Part shown: positions 37,315-47,200 of the stretch, piece by piece
Position numbering within the stretch: position 1 is the first letter of the stretch
Layout of the letters: every line of letters starts with the position of its first letter
Origin: Macrostomum lignano
Lineage: Eukaryota
Length of the DNA stretch: 64,000 bases
Reading direction: 5' to 3'
NCBI GenBank assembly: GCA_002269645.1
Contig: NIVC01003312.1
Span: 40,522 to 104,521, forward strand
Translations under genes and position numbers: made by a program
Notes under the pieces: generated by a model
The model's input: the letters and a program-made list of their open reading frames with translations, nothing else
Database searches by the model: none
What the model was told of the DNA's origin: nothing

Positions 37315-38745
37315 ATGATCGAAGACTCCAACGCCTCGGGTCCAGCAGCGCAGCCAATAGCAGTGTGCTCAGTTGAGCACGCATCCGCCAGTGCGGTCGT
37401 CCGCCTGGCCGAGTGGCTCCTCTGCGTGCTGGGCGGCCTGCTCATTATCGGCGGCGTGGCCGGCAACTCCGTCAGCGCCTACCTACAGGCGACCGAGCGG
37501 TCACACCGCGGCACCACCCGCTTCCTGATGGTCTTCCTGGCCCTGGCCGACTGCGCCGTGCTGCTGCTGGCCGTCACCAGGTACTGGCTCATCGAGACCA
37601 TCGGCCTGGACATCCGGGACCTGCACCCGACCGTCTGCCGGCTGCACCAAGCCGCCGTGGCCACCGTCAGCGACCTGGCTGTGTACACCCTCTGCGCCCT
37701 CGGCGTCGAGCGCTACCTTCTGGTGGCCTTCCCGCATTCTGCCGGCCGCCTCATCACCAGGCGCAGCTTCACGGCTGCCTTCGGCCTCCTGGTTGCCAGC
37801 ATCGCGGCCAAGAACTTGCCGATCGCCTTCCACCGCTTCACCGTCAGCTGCGTGCGCATCCTGCAGGCCGCCGCCGCCGGGCCGACGCTGACGGCGGAGA
37901 TTCCGCAGACGCTGAACCAGTCGCAGCTCGGCCAGCCGCCGTACGAAGCCTACCGACTGCTGCCCACCCGCTGCACCTACGACCGCAATTTCGGCAGCTG
38001 GTTTGCCAAACTGGACATTGTAACCTACCTGGTGCTGCCCTACACCATCCTGCTGCTGTGCAACTTCTATATCTACGCTGTGGTGCGCCGCAGGCAAGCC
38101 CTGGTGGCCTTCACTGCCACCGCAGCCGCCGCCGCCACAGCCGCAACATCAAGGACTGGCGTCGTCGGCAGAGGCACCGCCAAGCCGAAGCTGCTGCGCA
38201 GGGCCGCCGAGTCGAGCCGGAACCGGGAGACCGCCACCCGCCTCCTGGCTGTGCTGACCGTCATCCACATCTGCACCACCTTGCCGGCCTCCGTCGGGCA
38301 GCTGCTGAAGGTCACCAGCTGGCTGCCCTGGTCTGACGCTGCCCGGGTCACTCTGGACTGCCTGAAGACGCTGATGTTCGCCAACAACGCCACAAACTTC
38401 CTGGCCTACTTCGCCTCGTGCAGCGGCTTCCGATGCCGCGTGATTCGCTGCCTCGGAGGCGGCTGGCAGAGCCGACGGCGGCAGCGGCGGCGGCAGCAGC
38501 TGCAGCAGCAGCGGGATCGGCGACGGAACTCAGACAGTCAGCCGAAGCACCAGCAGCGAGTCGCTGAAGATGCCACCGAGCTGCGATCTTCGGCTGTACC
38601 GCAGCACCAGAAGCCGGCCTTGGCGACGCCTCAGTCGCACTCGCGGTTGCTGGTGACCGCGGACCTGCCGCCGCCCTCCTGGGCAGCCGCTGGCGGAACC
38701 GAGTCGGTCGGGGACGAACGGGAGCAAGCAGATGTTGAAGACTGA
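37315..38745 (+). CDS. Class A (rhodopsin-like) orphan/peptide-type GPCR, 7TM encoded in one exon
   Basis: TM1 GN, TM2 LALAD, TM3 ERY, TM5 LP, TM6 CTTLP, TM7 NNATNFLAY; N-terminal NAS sequon. Start chosen at ATG 37315; the frame is open from 37192 and a short 5' exon is possible. Confidence 0.88.
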   Translation: MIEDSNASGPAAQPIAVCSVEHASASAVVRLAEWLLCVLGGLLIIGGVAGNSVSAYLQATERSHRGTTRFLMVFLALADCAVLLLAVTRYWLIETIGLDIRDLHPTVCRLHQAAVATVSDLAVYTLCALGVERYLLVAFPHSAGRLITRRSFTAAFGLLVASIAAKNLPIAFHRFTVSCVRILQAAAAGPTLTAEIPQTLNQSQLGQPPYEAYRLLPTRCTYDRNFGSWFAKLDIVTYLVLPYTILLLCNFYIYAVVRRRQALVAFTATAAAAATAATSRTGVVGRGTAKPKLLRRAAESSRNRETATRLLAVLTVIHICTTLPASVGQLLKVTSWLPWSDAARVTLDCLKTLMFANNATNFLAYFASCSGFRCRVIRCLGGGWQSRRRQRRRQQLQQQRDRRRNSDSQPKHQQRVAEDATELRSSAVPQHQKPALATPQSHSRLLVTADLPPPSWAAAGGTESVGDEREQADVED

Positions 38746-40051
38746 CTTGATGAGGGAGGAAAGTTGTTATGATGCCACTTGCCTTTCTCCTCTTCAAATT
38801 CTCATTAAAATTTTGAGATTTTTCAAACGCTTTCTTCTTCTCAGTACGTTCGTATAATCTGCAGCCGCGGCCTCCATCGCACCTTCTCTCCGTCCTAAGC
38901 ATGCAGCTGTTGAACTTCAAGAACCCTCAGCGTTTGGCCCTCTTAATTGGGTGCACATTTTACTGATACAGGCCGAAAAAACCTGTGACTTTAGCAAAAA
39001 AACACGTTTCTTAATTCACTTTTTCTCGTTAACTCTCTTAGAATTACTTACAAGCTAGAGATCAGCAATGTGTAAATAAATTTTGCTGCTAAAGGTTGAG
39101 AATAGATAGAAGGTTTTCAGTTACTTGCAGCCAGTTTTTTAAGTGTATTTCTTTTCGTCAGGTTTTTTTCTACGACCAAGTTTTATGTGTTATGGCTTCT
39201 CGTGTGCAATGATTTGATTAGAGATCGCTAATTCGAATTTTCTTAATGATTTCAATCAACCCCGGTCAAAACACACAAACCGTGTTTGCTCGATTTGAAA
39301 TCTGGGAGAGCTCAAGGTGGGCTGGATATTGTCTATCAATTTAAGACTAAAACACCGTCAAAACTTGTTGCAGGCTAATTTCGTTAAAAAAGTTTCTTTA
39401 AAAAAGTACGAGGTAACTTCCGGTTAGGTAAATTTCGGTTCCAAGGAAAGTAACTTCCGGCACTTGTTCCGGTACCAGTACTTTTCTAATTTTAAAGAAC
39501 CGCATATTAAAAAGTGCTAAACCATTTCCTTGCGAAAAAAAACAAAAACATGTGTCCAGAGTAACCATGCACTCTAGTTTAACTCTACTATTGTTATCAC
39601 ATCCAAAATTGGAGTGAATTAAACAAAACTTTTAGAAAACAAAGATTACTTATCGTAGCAGTATATCAGGATGCTACATCTACAGAAAAAAATTTGGAGG
39701 CCGATTTTTTAATGTTTATTCTGACTTCAGAAGTATGTACGGAGATAGTTTTTGGCCAATAGGTGTGTCACAATGAGTAAAATACTTCAGCCAACTTTTA
39801 CTTTGTGTGGCTCATTCTCGTCGCCTTACTGGTACTTTGCCGTAGTTTACAGCAGCTATTGTTACAGTAGTAACGGTATATTGCAGGGGGGCCGTAGCCC
39901 AGCGGTAGCGCAGGCTCTGGTGTGCCAGCGACCCAGGCTCGATTCCAAGTGCAGTCACATTAATTTGGGGCTGAATTGGAATCTCGGCTTGGCTCTGCTC
40001 GTGCAATTGACGGCCTTGAGAGCCAACCCCCCCAAGGCGCAGTGAAGTGTA

Positions 40052-43000
40052 TGTGGTGAGCGAGAGACAAGCCAGTCAGGTTTAGTCCAACAAACAAAAT
40101 TCAAACCCTCACCCAAAGGGTGGAGCTATTCTTATATTTACTCGAGAACGCATGTACATATACAAACAGAGCGCGCATGTACATCGGATCCCTTGACCCC
40201 CAAACACCGACTAGCAAAACAACCCAGTGAGTAAACTCACTTTACAACATTCACCCTCCTCCTTAACAGTCACTAATTCCCTTCACAGCTGGCAATCAAT
40301 GCGTCACGACCTGGCCGTACCACAACGGTGGTGCCCGCAGTCGCGTACTGCGCCGCAGCTCCGCGTCGGCCTCAGCGGTCGCCGGCGGCGGGTCCGTCGG
40401 GCCTTCTGGCGCTGCCGGCTCTGCAGCCACTGGCGGCTGTGGCGGCATTGCCGTTGTTGAAGTCGTGCTGGCACCCTCGGGCTCCGCATGAGGCATACAG
40501 AGGCTGGTGTGCCACCTTGAGCCGTCCTCTAACCTGACGATCGTCGGGCTGATGATGTCGCTGACCCGTAGAGGTGGTGACACGTGGCTCTGCAGCTTGC
40601 CTCGCATCCGCGGAGATCGCACTCGCACCAGGTCGCCGACCCGGAATTGGCGCGGCGGCTGCCGGGATCTGTTGAGCCGCTTGAACTGCCGTCTTTGCCG
40701 CTCCTGGATCTGATCGGCCAGTGGGTGCTCTCGAGTCGCTCGCTTCGGCTGCAGCGTCCACAGCGGCGTGGTGATCTTGCGGCCGAGCATCAGCTCCGCT
40801 GGCGTCACGCCGGTCAGCGCATGCGGTGTCGATCGGTACGCCCACAGGATGGACTGCACCGCTTCCAGGAACGAGTAGCCGTCTTGAAGGTGGCTCTTCA
40901 AGCCCTCTTTGACTACGCGGTTCAGGCGCTCCACTCCGGAATTTCCTTGAGGGTGGTAGAACGGAGTCTGACGATGATTGATGCCGTACGCCTTTAGGAA
41001 GTCGTTGAACTCCTGGGAGATGAACTGGGGTCCTCCATCGGTGGTGATTACGCGCGGAATGCCCCAGCGACAAAACAGCGCCGTGAGACTCTTGATGATA
41101 GTCGCAGACGTCGCTGAAGAGAGGCAGACCAGTTCGGGCCACTTTGAATGCAGGTCATGTACACCGAGTATGAAACGGCAGTTCTGTGGTGCACCCTCGT
41201 GCAGCTCTCCGAACAAGTCGATCTGCAGCTCTGTCCACGGTTCCTTCGGCCACTTGGTCGGGGTCAGCACTGTCCGATGCGGCTTGAAGCTCTTCTCACT
41301 GATGATGCACGCAGAGCAGCTGCTGACGAACCTCTCGATGTCGCTGTCCATTTTGGGCCACCACGCGGTGTCTCGGCAGTGATGCTTGGTCCTGCTGACT
41401 CCCTTGTGACCTTGATGCGCTAAGTCGAGCACTCGCTGGCGCAATTCTTCCGGTATGACGGCACGAGTTCCCATGGCCAAGCACCTGCCGTTGCTCCAAA
41501 CAGTCAGCTCGTTCCTAACACTCCAGTAGGGCAGCAGGCGCTCATCGAGCTTTTTCTTGTCTGGCCAACCGGAAACTGTGAACTCTGCGACTCGTGCCAG
41601 GAGCTCGTCCTTTGACGTTGCCTCCGCCAGTTCGTCCTCGGTGACCACGGTCAGCGCCTCGGCCAGGAGCACTCTTTGGACTTCCAGACCGTCTGTTTCA
41701 TCGCCTTCCGTCGGCTCGGCCGTGTCCTGGCAGCGCGACAGAAAGTCGGGCACGATGTTCTTGGCACCCGGGACGTACTTGACGGTGAAGGAGTAGTTTA
41801 ACAAACGATCAGCCCAGCGATGCAGTCTGAGTGGCCGGTGTCCGCTCCCAGATGATGACAGCAGCGTGGTGAGAGCCTGGTGATCGGTGTGGAGCTCGAA
41901 CCGTCGGCCGTAAAGGAAGAAGTTCCAGCGCTCACAGGCGAAGATGCAGGCCAGGGCTTCCCTCTCGCTCGCCGAGTAGCGGCGCTCCGTAGCACTCAGA
42001 GTTCGGCTCGCAAAGGCAACCGGGCGCCACTGGCCGTCGGAGTCTTGCTGGAGGAGCATCGCACCGAGAGCTGATGCTGAGCTGTCGCAGCTGACGATGA
42101 TCGGCTGATCTGCGTCGAAAAACTTGAGGCAAGGTGGCTTGCACACTCCTGCCTTCAGCTGCTCAAAAGCCTGCTGGCACTCACTCGTCCACTTCCACGA
42201 CTCGTCCTTCCTCAGCAGTTTCATGAGGGGCTCCGCCGTGCTGGAGAGGCTGGGAATGAAGTTGCCGAAGTACTTCACGACGCCTAGAAACGCAGCCACT
42301 TCCTTGGTGTTCGTTGGCGGCTGTACCTTCTCGATAGCTTCGACGTGTGACTGCAACGGGCGGACTCCAGAAGCGCTCAGCTCATAGCCTAGGAAGTTGA
42401 CCTTGTCCTGGCGCCAGGTGCACTTGGCCGTATTGATAGTCACGTTGTGCGTCATCAGAGCTTGCAGCACCTTGAACAGGCGCTTGTCGTGCTCTTCTCT
42501 TGATGCCGCGTGCACTACGATGTCGTCAATAAAGTGCACTGCGCCTTTAATGCCACTGAGGATCTTAGCCATCACCTTCTGGAACGCAGCCGGTGCACTA
42601 CTCAGGCCGAAGCACACCCTCCGATATCGATATAGGCCTCGCTCCGTCACGAACGTGGTCAGATTTCTGCAGTCCTCGGACAACTCCAGTTGCAGGTAAG
42701 ACGAATTCAGGTCCAACTTGGAGAAGCATCGTGACCCGGCAAACTCGGCGGAGAGCTCCTCAAAGGTCGGAAGTGGGTATCTGTCCGGTACGATGCTCTT
42801 GTTTGGGCCTCTCAGGTCGTTGCAGATCCGGATCGAGCCGTTCGCCTTTGGCACCACGACTAGGTTTGACACCCAGTCTGAGGCGTCGACCTCCTCGATG
42901 ATGCCTTGCTGCAGCAGCTGGTCGATCTCCTTTTGAACCGAATCTCTTAGGCTGAGCGGCACTCTGCGCAACGGTTGAGCAGTCGGTTGCACCGCGGGGT

Positions 43001-44662
43001 TGACTCGCGGCCTGTGCTGAAATCCTTTGATGTGTCCGAGTCCCTGAGTCAACTGGTCGAACCGGCCTGGGATCCAGTCAGGCAGGGCTCTGGTGCCGAC
43101 TGTCTGCACTCGCTCACCGTCTGCAGTGACGATCCACAGTCCCAGCTGATCCATGAGGTCGCACCCCAGGATGTCAGATCCGGTATTAACCACGCTAAGG
43201 TTGACGTAAGGCACTACTTTGTCCTTGAGTTGCACCGAGGTCAGGATATCACCAAGCACGCCGATCTTGCTGCCGTTGAAAGCGACCAGCTTCCGTGATG
43301 ACGCCTGCAGGGGCACGTTGGACAGAAGTCTATTGTACGTCGTCTTGGTGATGATGGAGACTCGCGAACCGGAGTCAACGAGCAGCTTGACAGGCCTCCC
43401 GTTCAGCAGCACTTCGCAGTGCTTGCTTGCTGCCGCAGCTGTCGACACAGTGCAGATGGAGTACTCATCCTGAAGCTGTCGCACTCGGTTGCCGCTCCTG
43501 CAGACTCTGGCGAAGTGCCCGCGCTTGCCGCAGGACTTGCACTTCTGCCCCTTTGCTGGGCAGGTCTGTCCACCGACATGCGCCGCTGAGCCACAGTAGC
43601 CGCAGCTCCGGCCGACGGTTGTCGACTTCAGTGCCTCATGCTGTCTTGCCGCTGCTCCACTGTTCTTAGCCTTGCTGATCTGCTGGACTCCACACGAGCT
43701 GTTTGGGTCTGTGTGGCTGCCTCCCTTGATGGCCTGGGCCTCCAGCAGTCCAGTTTCCAGTCGCTCCGCCAACTGCACAGCTGTCGCCAAGGTCAGCTCC
43801 GGCTCCATAAGCAGTCGCTCCCTGATGTGGTTGCTGAGCACTTTCTCGACGAGCTGGTCACGCAGCATCTCCTCCTGGAAGGTCTTGAAGTCGCAGTTCG
43901 ACGCCAGGTTTCGCAGCGCGGCAACGAAGTCGCTGATCTTTTCGCCCGGTCGCTGAGCTCTCTGTCGGAATCTGTGCCTCTCAGCAACTACATTGACCTT
44001 GGGTCCGAAGTGCGTGTCCAGTAGCTTCAGCGTGTCATCAACTGTTGATGGCGGTTGCTCTCCTTCCTCCTGATTGCTGCTGGCTTGTAGAGACATGTAG
44101 ATGTTTTGTCCCTCTGCACCCAAACAGTGGATAAGCAACGCTTGTTTTCTTTGCTCCGGCAGATCGATGGCTCCCGATGCTAGCAGGTAGTTGCTGAACA
44201 TTGCTTTCCATCGGTTCCATTCAATCAGCGGTGCTCCAGCGGCTGGCAGAAACGGCTGCGGTGGCGAAATGTTGACACTCATTCTGTTAGCTGTATCTCT
44301 GCTTGACTGTTGGGCTGCTGCTTGTTGAGACCCTCTCTGTGGGTCGCCAATTGCACTTGCATTTGCGCCTTCTGTGCTGCTCATGACTTGGCAGATTTTA
44401 GAGTTCGCGCTTGTGCTGAATCACGCTGGCCCAAATCAATTGATTTCTCCGCGCGACGCCAAAATGTGGTGAGCGAGAGACAAGCCAGTCAGGTTTAGTC
44501 CAACAAACAAAATTCAAACCCTCACCCAAAGGGTGGAGCTATTCTTATATTTACTCGAGAACGCATGTACATATACAAACAGAGCGCGCATGTACATCGG
44601 ATCCCTTGACCCCCAAACACCGACTAGCAAAACAACCCAGTGAGTAAACTCACTTTACAACA
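40052..44662 (-). mobile_element. Full-length Ty3/Gypsy LTR retrotransposon (Mag-like), 4611 bp
   Basis: 198-bp LTRs 40052-40249 and 44465-44662 (TG...CA, identical by eye); TSD GTGTA at 40047-40051 and 44663-44667; PBS candidate TGGCGTCGCGCGGAG 44461-44447; PPT AAGGAGGAGGGTGAA 40264-40250. Confidence 0.97.
40296..44384 (-). CDS. Gag-Pol polyprotein, 1362 aa, single ORF
   Basis: Two CCHC knuckles, protease VDSGS, RT YPLP/FSKLDL/FIDD, RNase H CDSS/EREALA/TDH, integrase HHCC and IDL..TDGG..ERLNR; order PR-RT-RH-IN. Confidence 0.96.
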   Translation of the reverse strand: MSSTEGANASAIGDPQRGSQQAAAQQSSRDTANRMSVNISPPQPFLPAAGAPLIEWNRWKAMFSNYLLASGAIDLPEQRKQALLIHCLGAEGQNIYMSLQASSNQEEGEQPPSTVDDTLKLLDTHFGPKVNVVAERHRFRQRAQRPGEKISDFVAALRNLASNCDFKTFQEEMLRDQLVEKVLSNHIRERLLMEPELTLATAVQLAERLETGLLEAQAIKGGSHTDPNSSCGVQQISKAKNSGAAARQHEALKSTTVGRSCGYCGSAAHVGGQTCPAKGQKCKSCGKRGHFARVCRSGNRVRQLQDEYSICTVSTAAAASKHCEVLLNGRPVKLLVDSGSRVSIITKTTYNRLLSNVPLQASSRKLVAFNGSKIGVLGDILTSVQLKDKVVPYVNLSVVNTGSDILGCDLMDQLGLWIVTADGERVQTVGTRALPDWIPGRFDQLTQGLGHIKGFQHRPRVNPAVQPTAQPLRRVPLSLRDSVQKEIDQLLQQGIIEEVDASDWVSNLVVVPKANGSIRICNDLRGPNKSIVPDRYPLPTFEELSAEFAGSRCFSKLDLNSSYLQLELSEDCRNLTTFVTERGLYRYRRVCFGLSSAPAAFQKVMAKILSGIKGAVHFIDDIVVHAASREEHDKRLFKVLQALMTHNVTINTAKCTWRQDKVNFLGYELSASGVRPLQSHVEAIEKVQPPTNTKEVAAFLGVVKYFGNFIPSLSSTAEPLMKLLRKDESWKWTSECQQAFEQLKAGVCKPPCLKFFDADQPIIVSCDSSASALGAMLLQQDSDGQWRPVAFASRTLSATERRYSASEREALACIFACERWNFFLYGRRFELHTDHQALTTLLSSSGSGHRPLRLHRWADRLLNYSFTVKYVPGAKNIVPDFLSRCQDTAEPTEGDETDGLEVQRVLLAEALTVVTEDELAEATSKDELLARVAEFTVSGWPDKKKLDERLLPYWSVRNELTVWSNGRCLAMGTRAVIPEELRQRVLDLAHQGHKGVSRTKHHCRDTAWWPKMDSDIERFVSSCSACIISEKSFKPHRTVLTPTKWPKEPWTELQIDLFGELHEGAPQNCRFILGVHDLHSKWPELVCLSSATSATIIKSLTALFCRWGIPRVITTDGGPQFISQEFNDFLKAYGINHRQTPFYHPQGNSGVERLNRVVKEGLKSHLQDGYSFLEAVQSILWAYRSTPHALTGVTPAELMLGRKITTPLWTLQPKRATREHPLADQIQERQRRQFKRLNRSRQPPRQFRVGDLVRVRSPRMRGKLQSHVSPPLRVSDIISPTIVRLEDGSRWHTSLCMPHAEPEGASTTSTTAMPPQPPVAAEPAAPEGPTDPPPATAEADAELRRSTRLRAPPLWYGQVVTH

Positions 44663-45019
44663 GTGTACATGCCTAACGATAAATGAAGTTAGGGCCGCTG
44701 TACACTCCTGTGTGTGTGTGCCTGCGTACGTATCCGCGCGCTTGTATGCCTGCTCAGGGGAGTCGGCGGAATGGGCAGTAATGCCTCTCGCCGGTTGTGT
44801 GACAATGTCGCTTAAAGTGCGCCAGGGTGCACACAACCCCCGCCTCTAATAAAAAACGGTATATTGCTGATATTGCGGACTCATACAGAATCAATGATAA
44901 TCTCCTAGCAGAGTCAATAGAGAGATTACTCTTACTCTAAAAAGAGCCAAAAAGTGCCACCTAAAAAAAGTAACTTCCAGTACTAAAAGAGCCGGAAGTG
45001 CCAAAACTGCGTACGCAAT

Positions 45020-47200
45020 AGCCAATAGCCAATAAAAATCAGATGTCTCTGGGACCTGTCCAGGGCCGCCATGCCAATAACAATGAGATGTCTCTGGGAC
45101 CTGTCCAGGGCCCCATCCCAATAACAATCAGATGTCTCTGGACCTGTCCAGGGCCCCATGCCAATAACAATCAGATGTCTCTGGGACCTGTCCAGGGCTG
45201 CCATGCCAATAACAATCAGATGTCTCTGGGACCTGTCCAGGGCCCCATGCCAATAACAATCAGATGTCTCTGGGACCTGTCCAGGGCTGCCATGCCAATA
45301 ACAATCAGATGTCTCTGGACCTGTCCAGGGCCCCATGCCAATAACAATCAGATGTCTCTGGGACCTGTCCAGGGCCCCATGCCAATAACAATCAGATGTC
45401 TCTGGACCTGTCCAGGGCCCCATGCCAATAACAATCAGATGTCTCTGGGACCTGTCCAGGGCTGCCATGCCAATAACAATCAGATGTCTCTGGACCTGTC
45501 CAGGGCTGCCATGCCAATAACAATCAGATGTCTCTGGGACCTGTCCAGGGCTGCCATGCCAATAACAATCAGATGTCTCTGGACCTGTCCAGGGCCCCAT
45601 GCCAATAACAATCAGATGTCTCTGGGACCTGTCCAGGGCTGCCATGCCAATAACAATCAGATGTCTCTGGGACCTGTCCAGGGCTGCCATGCCAATAACA
45701 ATCAGATGTCTCTGGGACCTGTCCAGGGCCCCATCCCAATAACAATCAGATGTCTCTGGGACCTGTCCAGGGCTGCCATGCCAATAACAATCAGATGTCT
45801 CTGGGACCTGTCCAGGGCTGCCATGCCAATAACAATCAGATGTCTCTGGGACCTGTCCAGGGCTACCATGCCAATAACAATCAGATGTGTCTGGGACCTG
45901 TCCAGGGCCCCATGCCAATAACAATCAGATGTCTCTGGAACCTGTTCAGGGCCCCATGCCAATAACAATCAGATGTGTCTGGGACCTGTTCAGGGCCCCA
46001 TGCCAATAACAATCAGATGTCTCTGGGACCTGTTCAGGGCCCCATGCCAATAACAATGAGATGTCTCTGGGACCTGTTCAGGGCCCCATGCCAATAACAA
46101 TCAGATGTCTCTGGGACCTGTCCAGGGCTGCCATGCCAATAACAATCAGATGTCTCTGGACCTGTCCAGGGCCCCATGCCAATAACAATCAGATGTCTCT
46201 GGGACCTGTCCAGGGCCCCATGCCAATAACAATCAGATGTCTCTGGGACCTGTTCAGGGCCCCATGCCAATAACAATGAGATGTCTCTGGGACCTGTTCA
46301 GGGCCCCATGCCAATAACAATCAGATGTCTCTGGGACCTGTCCAGGGCTGCCATGCCAATAACAATCAGATGTCTCTGGACCTGTCCAGGGCCCCATGCC
46401 AATAACAATCAGATGTCTCTGGGACCTGTCCAGGGCCCCATGCCAATAACAATCAGATGTCTCTGGGACCTGTCCAGGGCTGCCATGCCAATAACAATCA
46501 GATGTCTCTGGACCTGTCCAGGGCCCCATGCCAATAACAATCAGATGTCTCTGGGACCTGTCCAGGGCTGCCATGCCAATAACAATCAGATGTCTCTGGA
46601 CCTGTCCAGGGCCCCATGCCAATAACAATCAGATGTCTCTGGGACCTGTCCAGGGCTGCCATGCCAATAACAATCAGATGTCTCTGGACCTGTCCAGGGC
46701 TGCCATGCCAATAACAATCAGATGTCTCTGGGACCTGTCCAGGGCTGCCATGCCAATAACAATCAGATGTCTCTGGACCTGTCCAGGGCCCCATGCCAAT
46801 AACAATCAGATGTCTCTGGGACCTGTCCAGGGCTGCCATGCCAATAACAATCAGATGTCTCTGGGACCTGTCCAGGGCTGCCATGCCAATAACAATCAGA
46901 TGTCTCTGGGACCTGTCCAGGGCTACCATGCCAATAACAATCAGATGTGTCTGGGACCTGTCCAGGGCCCCATGCCAATAACAATCAGATGTCTCTGGAA
47001 CCTGTTCAGGGCCCCATGCCAATAACAATCAGATGTGTCTGGGACCTGTTCAGGGCCCCATGCCAATAACAATCAGATGTCTCTGGGACCTGTTCAGGGC
47101 CCCATGCCAATAACAATGAGATGTCTCTGGGACCTGTTCAGGGCCCCATGCCAATAACAATCAGATGTCTCTGGAACCTGTTCAGGGCCCCATGCCAATA
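45020..47200. repeat. 39-41-bp minisatellite (CCAATAACAATCAGATGTCTCTGGGACCTGTCCAGGGCCCCATG-like) with higher-order duplication
   Basis: More than 50 copies; many spurious ORFs. Confidence 0.96.

Larger units (their letters stand above)
39885..44854 (+). mobile_element. tRNA-derived SINE of about 354 bp (39885-40051 plus 44668-44854) split by the Gypsy insertion
   Basis: A box TAGCCCAGCGG 39895-39905, B-box-like GGCTCGATTCC 39936-39946, AATAAAAAA tail, 13-bp TSD AACGGTATATTGC at 39872-39884 and 44855-44867. Confidence 0.85.

Noticed and set aside
39885-39960. Functional tRNA gene
   Set aside because: A and B boxes are present but I could not build an acceptor stem; the body, A tail and TSD indicate a SINE.
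40304-44498. Numerous antisense and alternate-frame ORFs over the Gypsy element
   Set aside because: Expected shadows of a GC-rich coding sequence.
44891-45030. Hydrophobic minus-strand peptide suggesting a small membrane protein exon
   Set aside because: No convincing splice sites, AT-rich, and it shares AAAGTAACTTCC motifs with non-coding 39410-39470, so it is more likely repeat-derived.
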